Shown here: positions 44,156 through 54,523 of the stretch, one piece after another
Position numbering within the stretch: the first letter of the stretch is position 1
How the letters are laid out: the number at the start of each line of letters is the position of its first letter
Source: Solirubrobacteraceae bacterium
GTDB taxonomy: Bacteria > Actinomycetota > Thermoleophilia > Solirubrobacterales > Solirubrobacteraceae
Direction: 5' to 3'
Assembly: GCA_036489875.1 (NCBI GenBank)
Contig: DASXEZ010000160.1
Coordinates: 17,106-81,105 of the forward strand
DNA length: 64,000 nt
Notes under the pieces: generated by a model
Seen by the model: only the letters and a program-made list of their open reading frames with translations
What the model was told of the DNA's origin: nothing
Database searches by the model: none
Program-made: the position numbers and the translations under genes

Positions 44156-46279
44156 ATGGCTGCAAACGGCTCAGGCCGCGGCAGGAGTGTTCGTTACGGA
44201 GACGAGGAGATCAAGCGGGGTGGCGGCGGCGAGACGCACCAAGTCGCCGATGGCGACGGCACCCAGCCGCTGACGACTCAACAGGGAGTTATCGTCGCCG
44301 ATGACCAGAATAGTTTGCGCATCGGCGAACGCGGGCCAGCGGCCTTGGAGGACTTTCACCTTCGCGAGAAGATCTTCCACTTCGACCATGAGCGGATTCC
44401 CGAGCGCGTGGTGCACGCGCGCGGCTACGGCGCCCACGGCCACTTCGAGAACTACGCTCCGCTAGGCGAATTCACGCGCGCGGACCTCTTCCAGCGTCGT
44501 GGCGAGCGTACCCCGGTATTCGTCCGCTTCTCCACCGTGGCGGGCAACAAGGGCTCGGCGGACCTGGCGCGCGACGTCCGCGGCTTCGCCGTGAAGTTCT
44601 ACACACAGGAGGGCAATTGGGATCTTGTCGGCAACAACATCCCGGTGTTCTTCATCCAGGATCCGATCAAATTCCCGGACCTGGTTCACGCGGCCAAGGA
44701 CGAGCCCGATCGAGGCTTCCCGCAGGCACAGACCGCTCACGACAACTTCTGGGACTTCGTGTCGCTGATGCCAGAGTCCACACACATGCTGATGTGGATC
44801 ATGTCGGACCGCGCGATACCCCGATCGTTTCGGTTCATGGAGGGATTCGGCGTCCACACGTTTCGTTTCGTCAATGACCGAGGTCGCTCGACGTTCGTGA
44901 AGTTCCACTGGAAGCCGCTGGCAGGCATGCAGTCGGTGGTATGGAACGAGGCCGTGAAGATCAACGGCGCCGACCCGGACTTTCATCGTCGCGACCTTTG
45001 GGATGCGATCCAGCAAGGCTCCTTCCCGGAATGGGAGCTGGGTCTGCAGTTGTTCGATGAGGACTTCGCTGACCGGTTCGAGTTCGACGTCCTCGACCCG
45101 ACGAAACTCATTCCCGAGGAGCAGGTGCCGATCCGGCGCGTCGGAAAGCTCGTCTTGGACCGCCTCGTCGACAATTTCTTCGCCGAGACCGAGCAGGTCG
45201 CTTTCTGTACGCAGAACATCGTGCCGGGGGTCGACTTCAGCAACGATCCGCTGCTGCAGGGGCGCAACTTCTCCTACCTTGACACCCAGGTAAAGCGCCT
45301 CGGAGGTCCCAACTTCACGCATATTCCCGTGAACGCTCCCAAATGTCCGATGGCGCACTTCCAACAGGACGGCCATATGGCGATGAGCAATCCCACCACG
45401 CGGGCGAACTACGAGCCCAACTCCTGGAGCGGTGCCGAGGGCGGCCCGCGGGAGGACCCGCAGGGCTTCACCAGCTTCGCCGCCGAGGAGGCCGGAGCCA
45501 AGCGCCGGCTGCGCCCCGAGGGTTTCTCCGATCACTACAGCCAGGCTCGACAGTTCTACATCAGCCAGACCGATCCCGAGCGTCGCCATATCGCCGACGC
45601 CTTTGTGTTCGAGCTGAGCAAGTGCGAACGCGCGGACATTCGTGAGCGGATGGTGGCTGGGCTGCGTAACGTCGACGACGACCTTGCCCGTGAGGTGGCC
45701 GACGGGTTGGGCCTGGACCGGCTGCCACGTGCTCTTCCCGCGGCCCGGCGGCCACGACAGGATCTGCCGCCGTCGGCGGCCCTCAGCATCCTCGCCAATC
45801 CGCCCGAGAGCTTTGCCGGGCGCAAGCTTGGTGTCGTCGTCACCGATGGGTTCGACGCGCGTTTGCTGGCGGGCTTACGAGCTGCCGCGAAGAAGGAGGG
45901 CGCCACCCTCGAGGTGATCGCCCCCGTGATCGCTGGGGCGCGTCCCCGCGACGGTGCCCAGGTGGCCGCCGATCAGACGATGGCCGGAGCGCCGTCGGTG
46001 CTCTTCGATGCTGTCGTCCTGCTCACGTCGACTGAGCACGCGGACGTCCTCACCGAGGACTCGGTCGTCCGGGAGTTCCTGGCCGATGCCTTCACGCACG
46101 GCAAGTTCATTGGCTACAGCAGTGAGGCGGGCCCAGTCCTTGAGGCCGCCAGGATCGCGGTGTCCGCGGCGCAAGGGGTTGTCGAGCTCAGTAACCGCGC
46201 GGCCGCGGGATCGTTCCTCGAGCGATGCCGGGAGCTGCGTGCGTGGGATCGCGAGGCCGTCGACGTGGTGGTCGCATAG
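44156..46279 (+). CDS. katE: large-subunit monofunctional catalase (HPII type)
   Basis: gaggaaagga precedes ATG 44156. [27 protein letters not shown] and [10 protein letters not shown] are present, plus the C-terminal flavodoxin/DJ-1-like domain typical of HPII catalases. Confidence 0.95.
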   Translation: MAANGSGRGRSVRYGDEEIKRGGGGETHQVADGDGTQPLTTQQGVIVADDQNSLRIGERGPAALEDFHLREKIFHFDHERIPERVVHARGYGAHGHFENYAPLGEFTRADLFQRRGERTPVFVRFSTVAGNKGSADLARDVRGFAVKFYTQEGNWDLVGNNIPVFFIQDPIKFPDLVHAAKDEPDRGFPQAQTAHDNFWDFVSLMPESTHMLMWIMSDRAIPRSFRFMEGFGVHTFRFVNDRGRSTFVKFHWKPLAGMQSVVWNEAVKINGADPDFHRRDLWDAIQQGSFPEWELGLQLFDEDFADRFEFDVLDPTKLIPEEQVPIRRVGKLVLDRLVDNFFAETEQVAFCTQNIVPGVDFSNDPLLQGRNFSYLDTQVKRLGGPNFTHIPVNAPKCPMAHFQQDGHMAMSNPTTRANYEPNSWSGAEGGPREDPQGFTSFAAEEAGAKRRLRPEGFSDHYSQARQFYISQTDPERRHIADAFVFELSKCERADIRERMVAGLRNVDDDLAREVADGLGLDRLPRALPAARRPRQDLPPSAALSILANPPESFAGRKLGVVVTDGFDARLLAGLRAAAKKEGATLEVIAPVIAGARPRDGAQVAADQTMAGAPSVLFDAVVLLTSTEHADVLTEDSVVREFLADAFTHGKFIGYSSEAGPVLEAARIAVSAAQGVVELSNRAAAGSFLERCRELRAWDREAVDVVVA

Positions 46280-46376
46280 GGCGGCCCTCGTCAGCCCGAT
46301 GGTGCCGCGCTGGAGACGCGGCCACGAGCGGTCTCGTGCAGTTCGCCGCGAGTGGTCGCGCAGGGCGCGCGGGCGA

Positions 46377-47123
46377 TCAGTTGCGGGCGTAACGCAGGAA
46401 AAGCTGGCTGTCGTGGACGAGCGCTCGAATGAGTTGCAGGCCCAAGCTGAGCGGGACGGACGGTCCTTCGGTCACGGCGTGCTCTCCGCCACCCACCAGC
46501 GTGGGCGCGAGGGTGAGGAAGAGCTCATCGACGAGGTCAGCGGCGATCAGGCTGTTGAAGAGGAGGGGTCCGCCTTCGCAAAGCAGACTGCGCACGTCGT
46601 GGTGCTCGCGCAGCGACAGAAGCACGGATGACAGATCCGCGCCGCCGCCCTCGAGACGATGCACGTGCAGCCGCGCCTCGCAGTCCGGCGGCTCCGGCGC
46701 GGAGACGGGCAGGTACAAGGCGACTTCGGAGTCCGGATCACGAAACAGCGGGATGTCGTAGGGAATCGCCCCGGTCCGGCTGATGACCACGGCCAGTGGG
46801 CGAGGCGACATGCCGGCCGCCTCGCGGATGCCGGCGATTTGCTCCTGCCGCACCAGCGGGCCGTAGCGCTCCACGCGCAACGTCCCGGTGCCGACGCTGA
46901 CCGCGTCAACCTGGCTGCGCAGGAGATGGAAGGCGGCACGGTCGCTCGGATCCGAGAGCGGACTCGTGCGACCCCCGACCGTCGCCTTGCCGTCGAGGCT
47001 CGCGACGAAATTGCAGACCACATAGGGTCGGTCGCGGGGGGCCTGCGCACCGAGTTCCAGGTTCGCGAACAGCTGCTCGGGTACCTCAGGCACGCCGGGC
47101 GGGATCAGCTGTTCGAAGAGCAT
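46377..47123 (-). CDS. RibD C-terminal domain / dihydrofolate-reductase-family protein
   Basis: VVCNFVASLDGKATVGGRTSPLSDPSDRAAFHLLRSQVDAVSVGTGT...LLCEGGPLLFNSL fits the pyrimidine reductase-like fold. Confidence 0.85.
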   Translation of the reverse strand: MLFEQLIPPGVPEVPEQLFANLELGAQAPRDRPYVVCNFVASLDGKATVGGRTSPLSDPSDRAAFHLLRSQVDAVSVGTGTLRVERYGPLVRQEQIAGIREAAGMSPRPLAVVISRTGAIPYDIPLFRDPDSEVALYLPVSAPEPPDCEARLHVHRLEGGGADLSSVLLSLREHHDVRSLLCEGGPLLFNSLIAADLVDELFLTLAPTLVGGGEHAVTEGPSVPLSLGLQLIRALVHDSQLFLRYARN

Positions 47124-47148
47124 CGGTTGGCAAGGCTATCGACGGGGG

Positions 47149-47646
47149 GTGGGCGTGACCGGTAATGCAGACTTCACTCGCCTGACCCGCAGGCTCGACT
47201 ATCCGATGTTCGTGGTCACCGTCCGCGAGGGAGAGGAGCGCGACGGCTGCCTCATCGGGTTTGCTACCCAGTGCAGCATCCACCCCCCGCGCTTCCTCGC
47301 TTGTCTGTCCGTGAAGAACCGCACGTGGCGGATCGCTCGTGACGCCCGGTCGCTTGCCGTGCACCTCCTGCGCGCCGACCAGGCTGCGCTAGCACGGCTC
47401 TTCGGCGGCGAGACCGGCGATGACGTCGACAAGTTTGCGCACTGCGCCTGGCACGACGGACCGGACGGTCTCCCGATCCTCGACGAATGTGACGCGTGGT
47501 TTGAGGGGATCGTTCTCGTTCGCTACGAGCTCGGCGACCACGTTGGCTTTTTGCTCGAGCCCGCCGTCGCCCACGACGGGGGCAACGAACGCCCACCCCT
47601 CTTCTTCAGCCAGATCAAGTCGCTTGATCCGGGCCATCCGGCCTAG
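47149..47646 (+). CDS. flavin reductase-like domain protein
   Basis: YPMFVVTVREGEERDGCLIGFATQCSIHPPRF...GDHVGFLLEP fits the flavin reductase (FMN-binding split barrel) pattern. GTG start. Confidence 0.85.
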   Translation: MGVTGNADFTRLTRRLDYPMFVVTVREGEERDGCLIGFATQCSIHPPRFLACLSVKNRTWRIARDARSLAVHLLRADQAALARLFGGETGDDVDKFAHCAWHDGPDGLPILDECDAWFEGIVLVRYELGDHVGFLLEPAVAHDGGNERPPLFFSQIKSLDPGHPA

Positions 47647-47714
47647 ATCGATCGGGCGCGACCGCTAGCGCGACCGTGCGCTCGCCAGATGGGCTCGGCT
47701 GTCGGGTGCGCGCG

Positions 47715-49673
47715 TCATTCCGAGCCCGTAAAGCGAAGGCGCCCGAACTCGACGTTCGTGAGGCAGGCGCGCGGCGGGAGATGGAACGCAAGTTCCCGGA
47801 CCACTCCGGTGAACTGCAGAGGCAGTAGTTCGCCGCCGCGACCGCGGCCCCAGAAGTGCGTCACGGTGGCGAAGCCGAGACCGCGACGCTTCGCCAGGAG
47901 CTTCACGGAGATCCACGAGTTCGCCGGCATGCGAAAACGCACCTGAATCGCATAAGCGAGATCGGGTGGGAGGGAGACCATCCGCTGGGGGCGTGCGAGT
48001 GGTACCTGCAGCCAAGAGCGCGTCCCGGCGGCACACGCGAGAGATCGACTGCGTCGCGGTGCCGAAGCCGAATCTGAGCCGAGACGATCGCTGGCCCTCG
48101 CCCGCTCGATCGATCCGCGTCGGTCGGCTGCGAAGCGAACCGGAACCAGCCGGCCGCGGCGGGCGATCACGTAGATCCGCTTCGCGATCTTGTCGACACG
48201 CAGCCTGGGGTTGAACAGCGCGAAGAAATGGGCGTAGGTCGTGTAGGGCCACAGCGGCGTTGGCAGAACCTGCTTTGGCACCTTGAGATCAACGAGCACG
48301 GGTTCGGTGCCGGTGATCTTCCGCAGCCGCCTGTCGCTGGCGAGATAGGTGTGCACGTAGGCGCTGTTCTGCCGAGGCTGCCACGAGGCCCGCGACATCG
48401 CGCTCAGCGAGGTCAGCAGCAGCACGGCGTAGGCCGCCGCTGCCGCCACGCCGACAACAGCCAGCGCGCCGCTGGAAGGCCGGCGAAGGGCGAGCACGCG
48501 GAGACTGCGGCTCGCTGAGGAGCGGCTGCGTTGTCCGCCCCACCGCGGACTGATCGCAAGCGCCGCGAGGATCAAGAACATGAACTGCAACGACTGTTGG
48601 TAATAGATCACGTGGCCAATGCTGACCCCGAACTCCCTGATCCGTGTGAGCGCGACCGGCAGCATCGTGAGTAGGAACACCAGAGCGAACGCCAGCAGGC
48701 AGCGCCAGGCGCGCGGGCGCAGGTAGAGCGTTACCGCCACGGCCGCCACCACGACGAGCGTCGCTGCGACGATCGCGGTGGTGTGGCGCCCTGGGTGCGC
48801 CGGATACTTGATGCCGACCAGCGCGGGTATGAAGGTCTGGAAGAGCGCAATCTCGATGTAGTGCGCCACCGAGGAAAGCGAGGGTCGCGCCGCCGCCGCG
48901 TAGTAGTTGGCGTAGTAGTTGATGATCGCCGCGGCGTCGAGAACGACCAAGCCGACCCATACCCAACGCTCGCGCCACAGGGTGTGCAACCAGCCCCGTG
49001 GGCTGAGATCGCGCTCGAGCACGAGAAACGTGATCGCGGCGAGGTAGGCGGGGAAGAGGATCGCCGTCTCGTAGTCGAGCAGCGAGAGCGTGTAGGACAC
49101 CAAGCACGCAGCCAGCAGCGTGCCGGACCGGGACTCGCGCCAGCGCAGATAGCAACCCAGCGCGAGCAACATGAAGAGTGTCGAAGGGAGGATGTTCGCC
49201 GTCGCCGTCCACCAGTTGAGGAGGCGGATCACGAAGATCGACTGTCCGAACAGCAGCGTCATCACGAGCGCGATCCAGCCGTTCCCGAGGATCCAGCGCA
49301 CAACCATCGCGAAGGCGATCAGCGCGCCGGCGTACATCACCAGCTCGAAGGCGTGGGCAAGGACGAAGCTGCCCGGAGCGACCGCCACGAGGACCGTGTC
49401 AAGGACGCGGCTGATCGGAGAGAAGTGCTCGAAGAGGTTCTCGCGCAGGTAGGTGAGGCTCAGGCTTTGCGTGCGCGCTTGGCCCAAGAACAAGAAGTCA
49501 TCGACGAAGAAGAACGTGTAGCTCGTCAGCGCTGCCGCGCAGGCGACCTGCACCAGCACCGACGCTCCCCAGAGCCAGGCCGGCGGTGTCCGCCAGCGCT
49601 GCCGGCGATCGTGAGCGCCGGTCGCACCCGCCGGGCCCTTGGGATCGATCGGCAACTGCGCGGCCCGGCTCAC
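47715..49673 (-). CDS. 652-aa polytopic membrane protein, GT-C-fold glycosyltransferase-like, with ~200-aa C-terminal soluble domain
   Basis: The GTG start overlaps the upstream stop (GTGA). At least 10 hydrophobic segments. An acidic FFFVDDFLFLG motif follows the first TM helix directly, as in PMT/ArnT-type enzymes. The family call is inferred. Confidence 0.7.
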   Translation of the reverse strand: MSRAAQLPIDPKGPAGATGAHDRRQRWRTPPAWLWGASVLVQVACAAALTSYTFFFVDDFLFLGQARTQSLSLTYLRENLFEHFSPISRVLDTVLVAVAPGSFVLAHAFELVMYAGALIAFAMVVRWILGNGWIALVMTLLFGQSIFVIRLLNWWTATANILPSTLFMLLALGCYLRWRESRSGTLLAACLVSYTLSLLDYETAILFPAYLAAITFLVLERDLSPRGWLHTLWRERWVWVGLVVLDAAAIINYYANYYAAAARPSLSSVAHYIEIALFQTFIPALVGIKYPAHPGRHTTAIVAATLVVVAAVAVTLYLRPRAWRCLLAFALVFLLTMLPVALTRIREFGVSIGHVIYYQQSLQFMFLILAALAISPRWGGQRSRSSASRSLRVLALRRPSSGALAVVGVAAAAAYAVLLLTSLSAMSRASWQPRQNSAYVHTYLASDRRLRKITGTEPVLVDLKVPKQVLPTPLWPYTTYAHFFALFNPRLRVDKIAKRIYVIARRGRLVPVRFAADRRGSIERARASDRLGSDSASAPRRSRSLACAAGTRSWLQVPLARPQRMVSLPPDLAYAIQVRFRMPANSWISVKLLAKRRGLGFATVTHFWGRGRGGELLPLQFTGVVRELAFHLPPRACLTNVEFGRLRFTGSE

Positions 49674-51187
49674 CAGGGGGCCGGCGACTCGTCGACCAGC
49701 ACGGGTGCCGGGTTCATCTCGCAGTGATAGAGGAACTGATAGCCGAAGAGGGTGGGTCGCAGGGCCACGGCCATGCGATCCACCAGCGAGACGAGCATCT
49801 TGCCCTTGCCGCGATCCTTGGCGAGCACGTCGAGCGGCAGCCCGGTGACCTCCGAGCGCACCGTGCGAAAGCCGGCGCGGCCCAGCTCACGCTCGATGCT
49901 GCGCCGTGTGAAGAAGCGCACGTGCGTGCGGTCGAGCAAACCTCGCTGGTCGTAGTCGAAGATCCCGAGCAGCGCACGCGCACGCACGTACCAGTGCCCG
50001 AAGTTCGGGACGGACGCGATCAGCGCTCCGCGCGGCGCCAATATCCGGCGCGCATGCTCGAGCACCAGGGCGGGGTCGCGCACGTGTTCCAGCACGTCCC
50101 CCGCGAGGACGATGTCGAACGGTCCGTGCTCCGCAACCTGGGGCGGCAGGCCGTGATCGAGGTCCGCCTGGATGAAGTGATCAAGGCGCCCGCGGGTCTC
50201 GGGCAGTTCGAGGACATCCACCCCCACGACGCGGTGACCGAGGGCTCGGGCACGCTCAGCCAGCAGCCCTCCCGAACAGCCAAGGTCGAGCAGGTTCCCT
50301 GCCGGCAGTTGCTCCAACCAGCGCAGCATCACCGCGTGCGAGCTGCGCTGATCCGCCTTGAGCGTGTACTCCTTCCCGACCGCGCCCAGATCAGCGGAGG
50401 TGAAGCCGAGCTTGGCCAGCCGGTAGCGCACGACATCCGCTGAGACATCCCGGGCGTACTTGACGCCGTTGACGTAGCAGATCTCATCCCCGTAATAGGT
50501 CGGAACCGGCACCTCGACGATGCGCTTGCCGGCGTCGGTCAGTTGGATGATGATCTGGGTGTCGAAGTTGAAGCCGTCGGAGTTGCGCTCGAACGGAATC
50601 GACTTCAGCGCCTTCACGCTGTAGGCGCGGTAGCCGGAATGGAACTCGCTCAGGCTCGTGCCGAGCAGGCGGTTCTCAAATCTGGTCAGCAGTTTGTTGC
50701 CGACGTACTTGTAGAGGGGCATGCCCCCTTGGCGCGCCGCCCCAGGGACCAGCATTCGCGAGCCCATCACCGCGTCGCACTCGCCTCGTTCGAGCGGCGC
50801 CACCATCTCCGCCAGACATTCCGGCGCGTATTGACCGTCGCCGTGTAGGAGCACCACGATGTCCAGGCCATGCTCGATCGCGAGCCGGTAGCCGGCCTTC
50901 TGGTTGCCGCCGTAGCCGAGGTTGTCGTCATGACGGATCACCGTCAGCGGCAGATCTCTGACCAGCTGCTGGTATCCAAGACCTACGAGATAGGTGGAGT
51001 CCTGGCTCGCGTCGTCGCACACGAACACGCGCGTGATTCGCGGACGGAAGTCCTTGGGGACGCGATCGAGGACCTCGGCGAGCGTCGAAGCAGCGTTGTA
51101 GGCCACCACGATGATGCCGATCTTCGGTCCGGTCACCTGAGCCGGATCGCGCCCCACCAGCTCAAGCCGCGCAGCGTCGTCGCTCAT
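49670..51187 (-). CDS. bifunctional GT2 glycosyltransferase (DPM1/GtrB-like) / class I SAM methyltransferase
   Basis: N-terminal half reads IGIIVVAYNAASTL...VFVCDDASQDST...LLHGDGQYAPE...FHSGYRAYS. C-terminal half reads LLDLGCSGGLLAERARALGHRVVGVDV...FDIVLAGDVLEH. Confidence 0.9.
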   Translation of the reverse strand: MSDDAARLELVGRDPAQVTGPKIGIIVVAYNAASTLAEVLDRVPKDFRPRITRVFVCDDASQDSTYLVGLGYQQLVRDLPLTVIRHDDNLGYGGNQKAGYRLAIEHGLDIVVLLHGDGQYAPECLAEMVAPLERGECDAVMGSRMLVPGAARQGGMPLYKYVGNKLLTRFENRLLGTSLSEFHSGYRAYSVKALKSIPFERNSDGFNFDTQIIIQLTDAGKRIVEVPVPTYYGDEICYVNGVKYARDVSADVVRYRLAKLGFTSADLGAVGKEYTLKADQRSSHAVMLRWLEQLPAGNLLDLGCSGGLLAERARALGHRVVGVDVLELPETRGRLDHFIQADLDHGLPPQVAEHGPFDIVLAGDVLEHVRDPALVLEHARRILAPRGALIASVPNFGHWYVRARALLGIFDYDQRGLLDRTHVRFFTRRSIERELGRAGFRTVRSEVTGLPLDVLAKDRGKGKMLVSLVDRMAVALRPTLFGYQFLYHCEMNPAPVLVDESPAPW

Positions 51188-51796
51188 CGCTCGTCACACC
51201 GCACGGCGCACCGACCACACTCCTCGCCGAAGGCCGACGACGCGAGCTTTGCCGCAGCGAGCCCATCGCGAACGTTGCCGCAGCATGGGGCAGCGCGCGC
51301 GTCCGATTGGACTGGCGGTACCGCGGCGCGTCGCCGCCTGGATTTCGCAGAAGTGGGTCGAGCCACCAGTCCTCCTGTGGCCTGACAGCTTAGGCCCATG
51401 CATCCTCGTCCGTGTCGCGTGATCGGGGTCGTCGGGCGCGGCCGCAGGCAGGCGACAGCGACCGACTCTGGCGAGAACGCGCGTGAACCCGAAAAGTCAT
51501 GCAAACCTGGGTTGCTCGAGAGCACGGCGGGCCTCTATGCCGATGGGCGCGGAGTGGCAGCTAGGACCGCGGAACTTGCTCGGGGTAGCCATGCTGAAGG
51601 CGCTCTATCTGGGAAGGCTTCCTGGTGACGCGCCTTACCCGGCATGGTGCTCCGATGGGGCGATTTTCAACCATTCGCCAGAGCAATCGCGGGATAGACT
51701 CCGCATTTCCGCGCGGCGGAGGGGGCGCCACAGCTGTGGTGTAGGGGGTGCCGCGGAGACTCGGAGAGCCGGGCCCGAGCCGGCGCTGGGAGCGTA

Positions 51797-54457
51797 ATGC
51801 TGAGACGCGCAGTGGCAGTGGCTTTGGGCCTCGCGGTGATCGGCTGCGGCTTGCTGCTTGGGGCCAACATGGCGACCGCTACTGGAACAGGCGCGATTTC
51901 AGGCGTGCTCACGAATCCTTCTGGCGCGGCGATTGCAGACGCGACCGTCTTGGTGTACGAAAACGGCACGATCGCGGCTTCCGCCTCCACGTCGTCGAAC
52001 GGGAGCTACACCGCCGGGTCGCTCGTCGCGGGTTCCTATACGGTCAGCTTCAGACCGCCGCCCGTCCCAGCGAGTGGCCCGGATACGGGGAATTATCTGC
52101 CGCAGAACTACAGCGGCCGATCACCGAACGCCGGCGCGGACCCCGTCACAGTGCAGACCGGCGTCACGACTCCCGATGTTGACGGCGTGCTGCAGCCGGG
52201 CGGAGCGATCTCCGGAGTTGTCGAAGATAGCTCTGGCAACCCCGTGGTCGGTATCGACGTGGGGGCCTCGGACAGCGATGGCGTCTTCGCCGGGTCATCA
52301 GCGACCACCGCGGCGGACGGCAGCTATTCGATCGACAGGCTTCCGGCCGGCGAATACAGCGTCTCTTTTCTAACCGAGGGGCAGAGCTCGTATCAGCCCG
52401 ACTACACCGGCGGTAGTCCCACGCTCGCCGGCGCCTACGGTGTCGCCGTCACCGCCGGCTCAACGACCTCGGGTGTGGATGCCCATCTCGTCGTAGGGGG
52501 TGTGCTCACCGGCACCGTGACGGACACCTCTGCCGCGCCAGTAGAGGACGTTGGTGTAAGCGTTCTCGACAGCACCGGCAACGACGTCGCCAACGCCTCG
52601 ACAGGGACCGACGGCGTGTACTCGGTCACTGGCCTCGCCACCGGCTCCTACAGGGTTGAGTTCCTGCCGGAGCCGGAGTTCCCGTTCTCCCCTGTTCCCA
52701 ATTACCTCGCGTCCTACTTCGGCGGCTCGGCCACACTTTCCGGCGCGGCCACTGTGGAGGTCGGCGCGGGAAGCACCACTTCCGGCGTCGATGGGCGGCT
52801 CGCCGCCGGGGCGGTGATCGGTGGGACGGTCACGGACCCGGCTGATAAGCCCCTCGATGGCGTCGGTGTGAGTCTGTACGGCAGCGACGGGACAGAGGTC
52901 CAGCTTGCCACCACTGGTAGCGACGGCACCTATCAGATCGCGGGCTTGCCGAGCGGGAGCTACAAGATCGATTTCGACACCGAGGGCGGCTTTACGACGC
53001 TGAACGACGTCGGGGAGTTCTACGGCGGCAGCTCGCTTGCCAGCGCCACGGCTATCCATCTGACTTCGGGCGACCCGCCAGCGGTCATCAACGCGCAGCT
53101 CGCCGCCGGCGCGACGATCTCCGGGACGGTCACGGACTCGCTCGGCGATCCGCTCAGTGGCGTGCCAGTCGAGGCCTTTGACGTCGACGGCAATGTCGTG
53201 ACTGGCGCGACGACCGCCCACTTCAACGGCGACTACGAGATCGAGGGTCTACCCCAGGGCACCTACCGCATCGGCTTCGACCAGGGACTCGGGTGCTGCA
53301 GCCTGGCTGGCAACTACTCGCCGCAGTTCAGCGGCGACAAATCGACCCTCGCGGCCGCAGAGACGGTGACCGTGGGACCTGCGGGCAGCGCGAGCGGCGT
53401 TGATGCCGCTCTCACTCCCGGAGGGCGAATCTCCGGCCGGGTCACCGATGCCGGCGGCTCGACCCTTGGGGACATCAACGTCGAGGCCATCGACGCCGCA
53501 GGCAACGTCGTCGCCGCGACGCAGACCTTCCCGGATGGCACGTATTGGCTCTCCGGGCTCGGCAGCGGTAGCTACAGGATCCAGTACGCCGGTGCCTTCG
53601 CACTGGTCGGTCCGGTGGTCAATACGGAGTACTTCGGAGGTAGCGCCACCCTGGCCGGTGCGGCCGGAGTCTCCGTCGTCGCCGGAGCGACGACTGCGGG
53701 TGTCGATATGGAGCTCTCGCGCACGGCCGGCGGCATCGCAGGCGTCGTGACCAACGGGACCGACGGCTCCCTCGCGGGCGCCTCGGTGACCGTGTATGAG
53801 CTGTCTGGCAGCACCGCCGTGGCAACCTCGGTCACCGCCGCCGACGGCAGCTTCGCCCTCGCGGGTCTGGGCCCCGGCTTCTACCGAGTGGGATTCGCGC
53901 TCACGGGATACGCGTCCGCGTATTACTCCGGCGCTACCTCGCTGTCTGCGGCGCAACCCATCTATGTTGCGTCGGGGGCTAGCGCGACCGGCATCGATGC
54001 AGCGCTTCCAACGAGCGGCGCCAGCTCTCCGCCGGCCCCGCGAGCTCCGGCACCGCAGGCTTACGCACAACCCTCTCCGGGGCCGACGCCATCGCAGGGC
54101 TCAGCCGGCTCGCAGCCGCCGGGAGGCTCCGTTGTCGAGTTCGTCGTGCTCCCCTCAGTACGGAAGCTGAAGCTCTCGTCTCGCGGTTTCAAGATTCCCG
54201 TGCAATGTCTGGAGAAAGCACCGTGTACCGGGGAGGTCACGCTATCGGTCACCCATCGCAAAGCCCGGGTGAAGCTGGCTAGCGCTTCCGTGAAGATCGC
54301 TCCCGGCGGCGAGCACTACGCGATCGTAAAGCTCAACGCTTACGGAGCAAAGCTGTTCCGCTCGGCAAGGCACCGCCTACGCGTGACGGTCACGGTCTCG
54401 GTCCTCGGGCCAGGTACCGCGACGCAGACCGTCCGCGAAACCGTTCTGATCGTGTAG
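51797..54457 (+). CDS. 886-aa secreted protein with seven CarboxypepD_reg-like (Cna-B/SdrD-like) repeats
   Basis: Signal peptide MLRRAVAVALGLAVIGCGLLLGANMATA. There are seven copies of G.ISG.VTD..G.PL.GV.V...D..G..V..A.T..DG.Y.I.GL..GSY.V.F with YFGGS.TL..A linkers. A Pro-rich spacer and a ~110-aa C-terminal domain follow. Confidence 0.85.
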   Translation: MLRRAVAVALGLAVIGCGLLLGANMATATGTGAISGVLTNPSGAAIADATVLVYENGTIAASASTSSNGSYTAGSLVAGSYTVSFRPPPVPASGPDTGNYLPQNYSGRSPNAGADPVTVQTGVTTPDVDGVLQPGGAISGVVEDSSGNPVVGIDVGASDSDGVFAGSSATTAADGSYSIDRLPAGEYSVSFLTEGQSSYQPDYTGGSPTLAGAYGVAVTAGSTTSGVDAHLVVGGVLTGTVTDTSAAPVEDVGVSVLDSTGNDVANASTGTDGVYSVTGLATGSYRVEFLPEPEFPFSPVPNYLASYFGGSATLSGAATVEVGAGSTTSGVDGRLAAGAVIGGTVTDPADKPLDGVGVSLYGSDGTEVQLATTGSDGTYQIAGLPSGSYKIDFDTEGGFTTLNDVGEFYGGSSLASATAIHLTSGDPPAVINAQLAAGATISGTVTDSLGDPLSGVPVEAFDVDGNVVTGATTAHFNGDYEIEGLPQGTYRIGFDQGLGCCSLAGNYSPQFSGDKSTLAAAETVTVGPAGSASGVDAALTPGGRISGRVTDAGGSTLGDINVEAIDAAGNVVAATQTFPDGTYWLSGLGSGSYRIQYAGAFALVGPVVNTEYFGGSATLAGAAGVSVVAGATTAGVDMELSRTAGGIAGVVTNGTDGSLAGASVTVYELSGSTAVATSVTAADGSFALAGLGPGFYRVGFALTGYASAYYSGATSLSAAQPIYVASGASATGIDAALPTSGASSPPAPRAPAPQAYAQPSPGPTPSQGSAGSQPPGGSVVEFVVLPSVRKLKLSSRGFKIPVQCLEKAPCTGEVTLSVTHRKARVKLASASVKIAPGGEHYAIVKLNAYGAKLFRSARHRLRVTVTVSVLGPGTATQTVRETVLIV

Positions 54458-54523
54458 GCGCCCGAAGGCGCGAAGTACGAGCACGGCGGTCATGCTCGGC
54501 AACCCTGCCGACCACGGCCGGGC

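Noticed and set aside
51188-51796. Small ORFs (51184-51525, 51398-51628, 51483-51797) in the 609-bp divergent region between the GT2-MT gene and the CarboxypepD_reg protein gene
   Set aside because: They overlap one another in different frames, have junk-like composition and lack start context. The region is more likely a long regulatory or leader region.
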